NCBI GenBank assembly: GCA_013239625.1
Contig: MU054187.1
Location: 5,095,757 to 5,159,756 of the forward strand
DNA: 64,000 nucleotides
Reading direction: 5' to 3'
Origin: Lama guanicoe
Taxonomy: Eukaryota
Part shown: one piece after another, positions 25,401-38,080 of the stretch
Layout: every line of letters starts with the position of its first letter
How positions within the stretch are numbered: the first letter of the stretch is position 1
The notes under the pieces: generated by a model
Database searches by the model: none
What the model was told of the DNA's origin: nothing
What the model saw: the letters and a program-made list of their open reading frames with translations, nothing else
Program-made: the position numbers and the translations under genes

Positions 25401-26879
25401 TCTCTCTGAAGGTCTGAATTTCCCAAGCCACCAACTGGGTCTACACTCCAAATGGTCGCTCACTTTACCGGGCCTATCTCATCTCAAGTCTGTCTGTCTG
25501 TCTCAGCCTGTAACTTTAACTGGACTGCACAGAAAGACATCTCAGGACAGGAGAGCATGGCCTCTGGACACTGGCAACACAATACAAAAGTTCAAGTTAC
25601 TTTGAAAGTCCTAAAATAATTTTACTTAAAGTCACTGTCAAATGACACCATGATACAGGACATTCTTCATAACATTTCTTTTGCCAAAGAGATCAAAACG
25701 TTTTGCTATACATCTTATAAAAATTAGTAAAAATGAGTAATTTTAAAGTTTGCCTTGGAAAATTTTCCAAACCGTGAGCCCCAATTGTACGGATGCCACT
25801 ACAATGAGACTGACAGTACGTCTGAGACCTAATGGCCAGGTCCTCTGTACAGGGTCCCTGGGACAGCAGTCCCAGTTATCCTCACCCCAGGCTCTGGCGT
25901 GAAAAACAGAGTCTGGGAACAACCGGTATTCTTCCCCGATTAAAAGACTCAATCTCATCTTATGGAAACCCAAGAAAAAATGTTTGCTGTCATGTGTCAT
26001 TTATTGTATGAAAGAAACGCACGTCGGTGCAGAAATTCTCACTGTAGGTTGTATAAACAGGAAAGCCACATTCCCTCTGCTTAGCGCACATCTGACAAAG
26101 ACACTGACTGTGCTTGGCCGGTATTCCCATGCGACGAGCAGCTAGGAAAAAAGGCAAAGTGGTGAGTGCTTGCAACAACTTAAATTTCCACACTTCAACT
26201 AACCACTTGGGAGGAGCTGATAAGGCATGACACGTCTAGAAAAACTGTAAACTGACTTGGAACAACGGATAATATGTGAGTCCTCATCTTTAAATGTAAG
26301 AATCTGAATTTTCTCTCTGGAAGAAAGAGTATGAATGACATTCTTAGATTTATATTTTAGGACATTAACTAGTACATTTATTTTTAAATAAAGAATGCCA
26401 TTCAGGGAAAATACTTAAACATAAAATGAAATGTGTTATAAAACCTATTACTAACTAGCCACATTTTGTAAAAAAAAAAAAAAAAAATCCCGTACTGATA
26501 GCTAGCATTTACCAGACCTCTGACCACAACTAAGTGCTTTATAAGATGGTTTACAGACAATGATGCGCAAAATGTGCTAATGCGCACCTCATGACTTTGC
26601 TGTGAGAATTAAAAATAGTTATTATGTGAAAAACATTTAGAGCGATGTCTTGGACACTGGAAACATTCAGTAAATATTAGTTCCTGTATCTCATTCAATC
26701 CTCTCAACAAACACTGGCAGCCAAGAGATACTAAATACCTTGCCTAAAGGATCGTCGGATTCAGGAGCCTGTGCCTGCAACCTCACTCTTCCTGTCAGTC
26801 AACAGTGTATCCGCTCCTTCCTCTCTCTCTCACTGTAACAGTCTACAGAAGCAGATCAGTCTGTACATGAATGACATGT

Positions 26880-27010
26880 ATTTCTATATCACACACACAC
26901 AAATGCTAGAAGGAAATGCATGCTGAGTGGTGGATTTACAAATTTCTATGCCTCCATTTTCCGTATTTTCTACAGGTAATATGTACTCTTCTAATAATCG
27001 GTTATTTTAT
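26880..27010 (+). mobile_element. Old L1 (L1ME-type) 3' end fragment
   Basis: ctagaaggaaatgca...ctgagtggtggatttaca...ttttccgtattttctacaggtaatatgtactcttctaataatc resembles the L1ME 3' UTR end. Confidence 0.55.
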
Positions 27011-28684
27011 AAAGATCTTATAAAACTTAAATCATGAAAACCTGAAGACATTCTAAGTGCCTCATTATTTACCATCAATATCAGCAAAAATTCATTTTTA
27101 GTGAAAGCGATTATTAGAGCAAATTGTTCCTTCAAGCACCAAGAGGTGCCCTAGGAGACAGGAAGCGTTGGGTTACACGACGCCAGATGCTCCTCACCTC
27201 TCAAGGTCGACAGGGGAACAACTGCTTCTAATTTTCTTTGGAAACATCCACGGGGCACCCTAGACTGTGGGCCAAAGACAGGTCAGGCCCTACTCCGGGG
27301 CAGAGGAGGGAGGGGAGCTTCCTCTGATAAAAAATGTAACAGCAAGCTCAGGGTATCAAGGGTCTTCAGTCTAGTTCAACAAGCACACCCCGACAGCCAA
27401 CCTCTAGCAAGGCTGGGCCTTTCTAGAACCCGAGAGGCAAGGAGGTAAAGCACTCTCTAGAGCAGCAAGAGGAATCTGGACAAAGAGGATCTGAACCCAC
27501 CTCGGCACTGGCAGCTTTTCTGTTAGTCTCTAAAGGAGAAGAGGTGGGGGAGGGGTTTTAAACAGATGATGAGAACGGGTGACCAGGGCAGTAAGACCAG
27601 CTTGCGCTTAGTAATTGTTTTCTGGAGTAAAAAAGGAAGAGAACTTCAAAAGCATGGTGTCTTCCTAACTCCCCTCTCCCCTCGTGACCAAAAATCAAAA
27701 TAAAATTAAATACGTGCACGTACAGGTTTCCTTTCTGAGAGACTAAGAAGGTATCTTGGATGTTCATCGGAAGACTCCTCATTCCAGGTATGTGGAGAAA
27801 ACAATTTAATTGGAAGGGAAAAAAATGAAGATTCTTTTTACTGTTTCAAAAAATTATTTTATGAGAAAAGATTACCTAGTTAGTAAAGATATAGGATAGA
27901 AAAGGAAGGAGAAAGAACTAGCAATGAATGGATTTCCTTTGAACACATTAATGCTGTATCTTAAGTACAGTAGTCTACTGTCAAATTAGATAACGTGGGT
28001 TTACATTATTATTCCAGAAAGAACTCCCTATCAGGAGGCCCATATTTCAATGCAGAAAGGATTACATTATTTGTCAAGGAAAACACATTACTCTTTGAAA
28101 AACAGAAAAGTTGACCTTGGCAAACAGCTAGTGAAACTGTTCCCTACTTGATTTCCCTTACATGCGGCGTGTGGGAGAACACATATTTAGCGCTGCTTTG
28201 TGGCATTGTTTCAAAAGAACTCTCAGAATTGTAGCCAGAAATGCGTGGGGAACATCCAGAAAACAGTTCACATTACAGACTTGGGACGTGACTGAATTCT
28301 CGTTTCCACGCTTCAGGTCAGGTAGGAACGAAGATTCTGGTGGTGACCAGGAACTGGCTCAGTGGACGTGTATCTTCCCCCCCTGCTCGACCATCGTCAT
28401 TTTCCCCTAATGAGAGACAAATAACTATAAGCATTCATTCTCTGTTAAAATTCTAAAATTGTGTGACTGTTTTCCACTTTCCTCGGATACTATTACTTTA
28501 CCACTCAGCCTTGTCTCAAGGCGCATTGCCACTCCTTTTGCTGTCAGTTATAACAGCGTTTAAGTTTGTTAAGGCAAAGCTTGGTATCCTCCTGTATCTC
28601 TGTGTCTTTGTGCCTATGGGTTACTCAGGTCTATCTCAACAGATTTGCTTATCCCAACTCTTTTCTTTGTCTTTACCCCTCTGA

Positions 28685-28805
28685 CACCCAACCTCACGCT
28701 CACACTGCCAGGCACTACCACTGTCCACGCTACACACGGGGAAACCAGGACTCAGAGAGATTGACTGTAACTTGCCAGTGTCACAAAGCTCTTCAGGGTG
28801 GATAA
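28685..28805 (-). mobile_element. MIR SINE fragment
   Basis: acacacggggaaaccaggactcagagagattgactgtaacttgccagtgtcacaaagct resembles antisense MIR 'acagatgaggaaactgaggctcagagaggttaagtaacttgcccaaggtcacacagct'. Confidence 0.7.
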
Positions 28806-30269
28806 AGGACAATTCCCTCTGGTGCACAGCGTTGACCAGTCCTCCATGACGGCAAATGGCTCTGTACTGTTTAGTCTCCTTCATGGTTTATATTAAGGGT
28901 AAGAATTCACACCACTGCTAACCAACCAAGACTAGCTGGAGAGCAACTCAGTTGTCGGGAGAAAAAGTTGAAAAACACAATGGCACTGTTCATACTGAAT
29001 GTCCTTCCCCTTTGTCACTCTCTACTGAAAATCTACCATGAAGCTCCATCTTTTTCAATTTACTGAGAAATGAGTCAGCAGGGATTACAGGAGAGTACCA
29101 AGAGAATGTCCAGTAAAGATGATACATTGTAAGGCGACCCAAAATAGAAGATGAAAACAGAATTTTTTTTTCAAAATTGCAAATCAAATCTGCATTTGAG
29201 TGTGTGTATGATCAAACTATTTGCTGAATGACTGGATCAAGGTGTTATGAAGGGCAATGCTTCAGCTTCTGAATTATCACTGTGGAGCATCAACAAACAC
29301 AGCCACAGCAAGCGGTACTGGTGGCTTTGCGAAAGGGCATTTGATTTAAAAAAATTGATGGAAAGCAATACCATGACCCATTTCACCCTCTGTGAACAGA
29401 GATCCAGCCTAGTGTCTCTAAAAGATAATGTGCAGCAAAAGTTTAGTAATTACCTGGCATTTCCTCTCTTTGCTGCTCTCCGTCTTCTGTAATTTCCTCT
29501 ACCACAATTTTTAAATAAATTTTGTAAAACGTTTACCTGGTAAAAATCCCCTCTCTTCCCCTACTCCATAGTTTCCCACTACCAGCAAAACTTCCACCTG
29601 GCCTTTAAGATTCTTAATCAGTTTCCTAGTTAGGGGCCAAGTGATCCATCTGAAAAGAGGACAGCGAGTCCCTGAAAAGAGCTCTCTCTTGGACTCCTGG
29701 CCACTGCACCGTTGAACACTTCCTTATCTAAAGCCGGCTAGACCGCAAGTGAGCCAGAGGGAGTGGCACTCGGTCCTCTGGGACGTCCCCAGAGAGTGGG
29801 AAGGCGGGGCTGGAGGGACACAGGCCGGGAAAGCAACGGGGGGGGGGGGGGACACCCCTCTCAGCCCTTCTCTTGTTCAGACTTGGGATTGTTTGGTTAT
29901 TAAACTTTTTTACATTTGTTTTCATCTATATTTCACAAATTCAAAATCTTGTTTTGAGGAACATTTACTTTTCCTAAACTGACACATCCAGAAGAGGTTT
30001 CAGTACCGCATTTTGGGGTCTCTGTCATGTCTCCAACCCCAGAAAAAGCAACAGAAGTATGCACGTGGTCCTCCTTTAACAGAACCGAAGGTTTCTGTGT
30101 TAAAGCTCAAACCTATAAGTAAAGTAAAAAGGAGCTAAAACACAGAAGCAGCACCCACTGCCCTTGCGCCGATGTGCCTCCTCCCCTCCGGGTGGGCCAG
30201 GCCGTTCGTCCTCCTCTCCCTCTCTCCCCCTGGCTCTCAGCTCATACCACCAGGAGCCCTCTCTTTGGG

Positions 30270-30560
30270 CTTCTATAAATATTCATTTTGTACTTACCAC
30301 TGACCAAGCCCCTTGCTAGAACTGGGGAACTTAGGATGAACAGGACAAACACGTCCAGCCTTAAGAATTCAAGTCAAGAAGATAAGACTTACAACTTGAC
30401 AAATAGCTACAAAGTGGTGTGATCAGTGCTGGGATGGGGGTGGGGGGAGGAGGCGGTCCGAACCCCCCAGAGACTGGGGGGGCCTGCTGGGAAGTAAGTG
30501 CTCAAAGGAGTCTCAAAGCATGAGTCCAATTCTGCCTTGTAGGCCGGGGAGAACACGTCC
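30270..30560 (-). mobile_element. LINE-2 3' end
   Basis: tacttaccactgaccaagccccttgctagaactggggaacttaggatgaacaggacaaacacgtccagccttaagaattc matches the antisense L2 terminus. Confidence 0.7.
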
Positions 30561-33374
30561 AAATAAATTAGCTTTCAGAGCTAATATCAACACAAGGGGG
30601 AGCAGGGTGATAACTGAAGACAGCATAATAATGTTATAAACACAGAACATTTAACTGGATAATTGAATATGAACTGAGTTTGGAGGCAGCACGGGTGTAA
30701 GGGAGGAGGCAGTTTCTACTGAGAGCTTTTATTATCAGGCGCTTTACCAGCGTGGCCTTCGGGAGGATGACGATTACCTGCCCTAAGCACACAGCTTAGA
30801 GACACTGCGGACGGGCCACCCTCTCCACTTAAAAAAAGAATTCAAGAACAGGTGTTTTTGGTTTATACCTGCTCCTCAGTTACAGGGGTTGTAAACACCA
30901 TAAAATTCTTCAGACCTTTACTCTGTACTAGTGAAGTCAAGTCCACCTCTGTACATTCTTGTTTCCTCAAAAATTACACAACTCTCACAATTACTCCCAA
31001 GATAAAGGACGTGTGTGAGAGAGAGAGACACAGGGGCAGAGACAGAGACGAAGACAGAGAGAGACGGAGGACAGCGTTAAAACTATAGGAAAAGGAAATC
31101 ACATCTCTCGTCAAGCTGTAAGTCTACTGTGGTAAGTTAGCTTTTCCTCTGATGTAGATTAACTTCCCTGAATCATCTAATTTAGTATCTTTAACAAGAA
31201 AGTTAAGCCAAGTGACTCTTTCACAGTAAAGAGGAAAAAGGCTCATGGATTTATTCTGGTTTTTTTCTTTTTTGGCCTGTTTTGAGTAAAAATAAACTTG
31301 CAAAATTTCCTTAGAAAAGGCTTTTTTTTGGCCTTAAAATGCACATTTTTAGCTGACATTATTTACAGGGAGCTATCTACTGAAACCCTATACATTCCTC
31401 AATAAAACAACTTAAAATTAAGGATTAAGAATGTGAGGCTCTCGATCAGACATTGCCAGCCACCAACCCCGTGCGTGCGTCTGCCGTGGGCTGAGACGGG
31501 ATCCGCTTGCTACCTGAACCTGTACGGGTCAAGATCTCAGCACTAGAGGTTAAGCGCTAATAACTGCTTATTTCACTTTTTCATTGACAAAAAAACTGCA
31601 AATTTCTTTCGTTCCAAAAGATTGAACATTGGCTTGACTTTTCTAGCTAATGATGGGACTTCTTGACTATGGACATAGATTTCTACTGAGAGCATAGCTT
31701 TAAACTTAATCTTAACTATAAAAAAGTATTTCATTTCTGTGCTTCTGAAAATCACCATTGTAAATCACATAAATGGAAGTGTCTATAGACACATTTAAGT
31801 AAAGAAAACACGCTTAATTCTTCTTGCTGTGATGATGTACATACATGAGGTATGTTACGCACTCCTTAAGGACCAATGTTGTACGAAATGTACTATAGAG
31901 AGAAGACAATACTTTGGAAATGACATAGGTTTAAAGTCCTCTTACTAATTCCACTGAGATTATTCAAGTGAGGGGGAGGAGGGGCAAAAGCAAGGATAGA
32001 AAGGAGACAGATACTACTGTCTGTTGTAATTACTATGTTCCCTATGGTCTGAAATGCTAAAAATGAATGTTTCCTCTAGTACCAGGATATAGACCTTTCT
32101 CACTGCAAAGCTATTAGCATATATAATGCACATGTCTGAAAATCACGGCTTCTCTGTCATTCTTCTGGGACCTTTTGGGACCTGGGTTATTGTATAGTCC
32201 TGAATTATGGCTAAAGCGTCATTTGTAGCCCTCCAGTTTTCCAGCATATTTTAAAAAATCAGTTTAAGCAATTTTACTCATATTTAATGGCTCAGTCTTT
32301 TCCAACCAATTAAAATGTTTGCATTGTCTTAACTCTGGGAAAAAATTGCTATACGGTTTGCGAAAGAGAAGACACATTAATATATTTCACCAAGAGCAGG
32401 CATTTCTATCAATGAAATGATTTAAAAATGTAATTCTAGGAATTGATTAATGTAATATTTCTTTACAAATAAATAAACAACTTCTCAGAAGTCAAAACAC
32501 ATATGAACTCTTGATCTGTTTACACCATTCTAGGGCATATAAAGTCACAAGAAAACGAATGACAGTAATTTGTACCTTTCGTACAAATGTATTTCCTCCT
32601 GAATTTGGGGAGCAGAAATCGTACCTTAACCCACACTCTGCATTTGTTCTCTGATTTCAGTTCTTTCGTCACAAAGGTAGAATAAAACAAGAAATGTTAC
32701 TTACTCAGTTTTATTTCAGCCTGTGTCGATTTAGCATATTTTAAACAATCTGTATAATTTTTTAAAAATAAAAGGACCATTCTAATGTTAATTTGGATCA
32801 ATCTTCCAAACGTATGATTCTAGGTTTCTAAAAGGGGCCCTCTTGAGGGGGCTTTTTAAAAGTGAACAACAACAGAAGCACCCTGAGGCTGCCCAGTTCA
32901 CATTTAACCTACTTACATGAAAAAGGAACTGCTTTGGTTAAGAATCAACTTCCACAAGCTTAGGTTCAAGCTCAACACGCCAGCATATTAGTGAGGAAAT
33001 GAGACAGCAAATAGTTGCTCCTTTCATACTAGTAAAAGATGCTGTATTTGTTTTGAAACAGTTGGCAGAAATCCTCATTTTAATTAAGTTACATGTACTG
33101 ACATAACATTTTCATAATTAAAAAAATAACCCATTTCTCCCAAAGAGCTAGCAAAAAGTGATCACAGTAACTTAACATGGGCAAAGGAGTAATAAGACTG
33201 TGAGAATGAATGTGACTAATTTGGATTACAACTGTGCGCTAGTTCAGTGGTTTTCAGTGATTCGGATGCCATTATTATCCTCTGTTGCCATGTGAAGTTA
33301 AATGCAAAGTAGACAGCAAGTTTTGCTATTAATGATTTTGTAGAAATAACTCAGGGCAAATCTCTTATCATATG

Positions 33375-33530
33375 ATTACTTGAATGTCAGACTAAAGATA
33401 TTATCGGGCCTCTTCCTTTTACAAATAAGGAAACTGAGTCCAGAAAAGTTAAATATTTGTCTTGTTCTTAAGCATTTAGTTAGTTAGTTATAAGGACTAG
33501 TGCTGGAACTCAGTGGCTCTCCATTGCACA
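33375..33530 (-). mobile_element. MIR SINE fragment
   Basis: cttttacaaataaggaaactgagtccagaaaagttaaatatttgtc matches the antisense MIR core. Confidence 0.75.
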
Positions 33531-34265
33531 GCTCTGTCAGAGCCAGAACATTTACACCTTCGTAGACAACAGAAGGCAAAGGAGAGAAAATGGTGCACCA
33601 TCCCGTGGATTATGGTAGAAACAAAATTCCATTCCAAGCCAAGTTTCAGTTTCTTTCACTAAAAGTTCACATGAGAACCAAAGTTCATGTTCCGGAGGAA
33701 ACAAAATTTGTTGAATAATCAGGCTAAGTGTCATGTGTTGACAATACCAATGAGTGAATGTTTCCAAGGTTTGCTAATGACAGCTTAAATGAGAGCAAAA
33801 TTTTCTATGAAAAAAAAAATCCTGAATGCTCCTATTTCCTCCTAATAGAAAAAAGATGGCCAAATTGGTCAAGCGATAAACTTCAGTCATGGATGCTACA
33901 CAGGGAAAAGGGAGAACATGTAACTGATGAGGGAGAGGATACCAAACCATAGGAACACAGAAGGACCCGCTTCCTTCTTGGATGTCACTGAATGCAGGTC
34001 TTGTGAAGAGTAAGAAGCATCAAATGGCACAGCTATGCATAACATTTCTACCATTCAGGAAAAAAAAAATCCTCACAACAGTTTTGTACATGTACTGCTG
34101 GATAATTTATGAACAAATATGGGTCATGGCTGAAGCCGAGACGAGCAGGAAGTTTGCTTCTCTTGTACAAAAGGATCACCAGTGAGCTTTCATTAGCATC
34201 CTTCTCCATTACTAGGTCAAATCAAAGTACAAATGAGTGAGCAACCACACAACTGCTTTTTGAAA

Positions 34266-34401
34266 ACAGGTTAATAATGTTTTAAATGCTTAAATTTAAA
34301 CAATCTTAACTAGTTGCAGCATAAAAATCAAATAACACACAAGTTAAATCCCCTAATACTGAATCCTTGTGACAATAACTAACAAAAAGAACCCCTGTTC
34401 T
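34266..34401 (+). repeat. Copy 1 of a ~130-bp dispersed direct duplication
   Basis: Aligns colinearly to 35679-35808; shared exact blocks acaatcttaactagttgcagca and actaacaaaaagaaccc. Confidence 0.9.
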
Positions 34402-34794
34402 TCACAAATTATGGGCCGCCTGCCATCCCCGCCTCAAAGTATATGTCTCACAGCTCTATAGTCTCACAGATGCTTTGCATTTCAAACCTTCCCCAAGATT
34501 CTTTCACTAACAATCTACTACTTTTTCTGCTCTTTGTAATGTTGAATTGAACCATAGTGTGAATGCCATTTAAACTCTGAGGCCCCAGGTACCTTTAAGA
34601 AAAAAAGCAAACAAAAATTCTCCCTAAGAGTCTAATTTGCAAATTAATTTCCTTGTTTGCTGTCAGTTACTCTCAACTTAGACGCTTGTGGGTCAAATTC
34701 AGTATGACCAAAAGCTCAGTATGACTAAATGCAACAAACTTAATGTTAATAAAAATAACATTCTACATTTTATAGGATTAAACTCAAAATAGTA

Positions 34795-35050
34795 AATGCC
34801 AACATTACACAAACTGTGTTCCACAGACTACTAATGTGCCTAGAAATATTAGTAGATATTGGGGTAGAGGAGGATAGGATTCAAGAGACAGTGAGTGAGT
34901 TAAGCCAAACTGAACAAGTGCCCTTCCGCAGACTCTCTTAGTACCTCTTACTCTCACTGCAGATCCCAAAGGAGAGTTTCACGTGCTGTCATTTTCTGAA
35001 CTTACTTAAGCACAGAAAACCAAATCTCCTGAAATCCCTCTTCATTTGTG
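34795..35050. mobile_element. Old non-autonomous hAT/Charlie-type DNA transposon fragment
   Basis: caaactgtgttccacagactacta...gagttaagccaaactgaacaag...gcagactctcttagtacctc...ttttctgaacttacttaagcacagaa resembles a eutherian hAT MITE; apparently the same family as 50775-50990. Exact family not certain. Confidence 0.55.
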
Positions 35051-35678
35051 AAAAAGAACAAAAATCTTGAGGCTACAACTTCGCTAATACTCCAATTTGA
35101 AACTCCAATAATAACAAATATAACACATTATGACTTCTAGACACACTCCCTCCTAAATGCACAGTGGAAAACTGAAGCTTCCTGTATCCCCAAGCTTGAC
35201 TGTCCCAACATTACTCTTCGTAAATGGTGGCAATAAGAATTCACGCCAAGGATCAGGCTCCACCCATTACAAAAAACAGAGATGCGTATCTCCTATTAAA
35301 AACTCCATCCCTGATTAGAACTGTGGGCACAATTTTTAAAAATAAAGACTTTATTTTACCTATTTAATTTGCATATCTGATGCACTGAAGATTTTTCATA
35401 CATCCTTCTCTGCTGGAAAGCAACATTCCTCTCCTTGACTTTCCAAGATATAAAATCATACCTGTCATTTCTATTCTAGTAGGAAAATGTATAATTATAA
35501 TTATATACAGTTCTTATATATAAAATAAGTAATCTATGTAACTGTAAAAAATAACTTGTGAATATTAGACCTTATAAATGAAGACAATAATGGAGTAAGT
35601 TCATATATGCAAAACTCTTTTAACCATGCCTGATACATAGAAAGTGATATACATAAATGTTTGACAGCATTTCTGAGG

Positions 35679-35808
35679 ACAGATTAATAATGGTTTAAAT
35701 GTTGACAATCTTAACTAGTTGCAGCACAAAAATCAAATAATAAACACAAATTAAATCCCACAATATTGAACATTTGTGACAATGACTAACAAAAAGAACC
35801 CTTGTTCT
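35679..35808 (+). repeat. Copy 2 of a ~130-bp dispersed direct duplication
   Basis: Aligns to 34266-34401 with scattered substitutions and two small indels. Confidence 0.9.
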
Positions 35809-36079
35809 ATAATAATTAACATAGGACCTTATTCTTGTGTATTTAGCATTCACGTAGGTTTCCTGAAGACCTCTGTGTTTTATCATTAGTTTAATGAAAT
35901 GTGTTTGTTCACTAACAGTGAATGATGAAAATAATTTTTTGAAGGCAGAAAAAAACATGATATTTTCCCCACCGTCCAATGAGAACTATTCTCTATGACA
36001 GGTTATAGGGCACGGAATTTAATGAACAGTCTCAGTACCCAGAGAGCTTCCACAGGAGCCTGGGTGGGGAGACGGTTAT

Positions 36080-36200
36080 GAAGGAGGAGGAGGCAGAGAA
36101 TTAAAAAGACAAGGAAAGGGGTGAGGAGGAGGAGGAGAAGAGGCGGAGGAGGAGGAAAAGGGGAAGAAAGGAGGAAAAGGGAAAGAAGAGGAAGAAAGAG
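36080..36200. repeat. Purine-rich (GGA/GAA)n low-complexity tract
   Basis: gaggaggaggag...ggggaagaaaggaggaaaagggaaagaagaggaagaaagag, abutting the tail of an antisense MIR. Confidence 0.85.
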
Positions 36201-36204
36201 TAAA

Positions 36205-36440
36205 AATAAAAATAAAAACCAACTTTTATTAAGATTTACTCTTGTGTAGAAGGCATTCAGAGCATTTTGTTCATGTAATCTTTACAAGAACCCAATATGC
36301 TTGGTAATATCTCCATTTTAAATATCAGGAAAGTGAGGCACAGACACGGGAGGTTAACTTGCTACCACGATGATGTGGCTTTTGGAGCCTAGCTACATTC
36401 CAGGCACCTGACTGTGGAGCCCAGCTTGTAACCACTTCAT
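36205..36440 (-). mobile_element. MIR SINE
   Basis: aacttttattaagatttactcttgtgtagaaggcatt...tcatgtaatctttacaagaaccc...ctccattttaaatatcaggaaagtgaggcacaga...ggttaacttgc. Confidence 0.8.
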
Positions 36441-36459
36441 CAGCAACTGTGACTCTCCT

Positions 36460-38080
36460 AATGTCAGGACAGCAGGGAATGGGGGCAGCTCTTGGCCCAG
36501 AAGCAGCACACCAGTCTCAAGCTGGGTCTGGTGAGGCTAGAAAGACTTCTGGAAGGAGTATTATGGGAAGAGTCTGCAGCAGTCAGGCAGGAAAGGCCAA
36601 CAGGAGCACCAGGGGCAGGAAGAATAGCCCATGTGATTCCATGGTGGCTTGAAACAGCAAGGCACAGGCAGGTTCAAGGGCATGTACAGGTGAGGGGGTG
36701 TTGAGAGCAGACACATGGGAGAAGTCCAACCAGGAGGGCCTGTGTGCCACACAAAGGAGCTGGCAGCAAGAAGGATGGATGTTCAAGTGCCCCAGGGAGA
36801 AGTGACGAGGGCTGATGTCAAGGAGAGGAAGTAGCAAAGGAAAGCGGGGGAGGGGGTGTGACTAGGAGAGAGATTTATATCAAGAACAGAGAGGTGGGAG
36901 CAATGCATTGGATGCAGAGGAAGATAAAGAGGGAGCAATCTAGAACCCTCCCAGGCTTTCAGCTGCAGGACCAGGTAACTGGCACAACTCTTCGCATTCG
37001 AGATTACAGCAGGAAAACACGGAGGGCTGGGAGGAAAGGTGGTACCATTTGAACGTCTTGATTTTGAGAAATTTAAGGTATTTAATTAGAGCTGCCTAAA
37101 TGGCAATTGACTAGGGAGGTTTAGAAACCAGGAGAGAAATCCACTGAAGTTATAATTTTAGGGACATTGGTTTATGGGTAGTGGTTGAAGCCATTTATTT
37201 GGGATCAGTCACCAGGAGAAGTCTATGTTTATAGAAAGAAGGTCCAAAGACGAGCCCTGGGGAAAGTCAGCAGTTATGACAGGCTCTTCACCACACCATC
37301 CACAAGCTCAGCATACTCCAACCCAAGACACGGCCACAGCTGGCCACGATTTTCAGTGAATTAAATGGAAAGCACTGGCTCATGATCTAAAAAGTCCACA
37401 GAAGAAGAGGAACATGGGAAGAAACAGTCAGAAAGGGAAATGAAAAAAGCAGGGTATGTTGTACAGTGAGCCAGACGCTGCGAGGAGAGACTTCCCAGAG
37501 CCAAGTGCCCACGGAGAACACTGTTGACCTTTAAAGCGTTAAGGGCCTAAGGCAGGCGTCAGGCAATGAAGAGTCAGAACAGGTGGAAACAGTGTGTAAC
37601 ATGAAAAGACTGATCTTTCAAAAAGTTTAGCTGTAAAAGGAAGAAGACAGGAGCAAGAGCTTAAGAGCAACTTGGGTTCGAGCAACTGAATTTTCAAGAC
37701 GGAACAGACATGAGCATTATCAGAACAAAGGGGACTCAAGACTGAAGACATGGAAACAGAGAAGATGGCTGGTGGATCAAAGTCCCTGCGGGATGAGGAA
37801 ACAGTGTAGAGACCACAGGTGGAGGTCTCAGCCTTATTTGGAAAGAGGACCGCAGCCTCTACTAAGGTGGAAGAGCATCAAGAAAGGATGAGCAGTGGGC
37901 GCAGACAGGGTTTGGGTGTGCTGGCTAGAAATCTAAATGTTCCTTCACTTACCCATCTCAGCTTTCTGCTCACAAATGTTTCAAGATCATCTTCTGAGAA
38001 TTATGAGGTAAGTGGGATAGCTACTTTGAAAAAAATGTAAAAATGTACAATTACCTCTAAGAGGGATGGGAGAGGTGACT
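36460..38080 (-). mobile_element. Long LINE-2 fragment including RT-domain remnant
   Basis: Antisense L2 motifs throughout (ttgagaaatttaagg...aaatggcaattga...ccaggagagaaatcc...gtggttgaagccat). Minus ORF 37539..37751 contains CLLPFTAKLFERSV, matching the L2/CR1 RT motif SLLPFxxKLLERVV. Confidence 0.85.

Noticed and set aside
28161..28406. Minus-strand exon-like segment (ctctcattag acceptor, CAT|gtaagg donor)
   Set aside because: Stops in all frames, modest donor, no recognisable peptide.
37539..37751. ORF with reverse-transcriptase-like motif as a possible domesticated gene
   Set aside because: Short remnant within a heavily decayed L2; no extended open RT frame.
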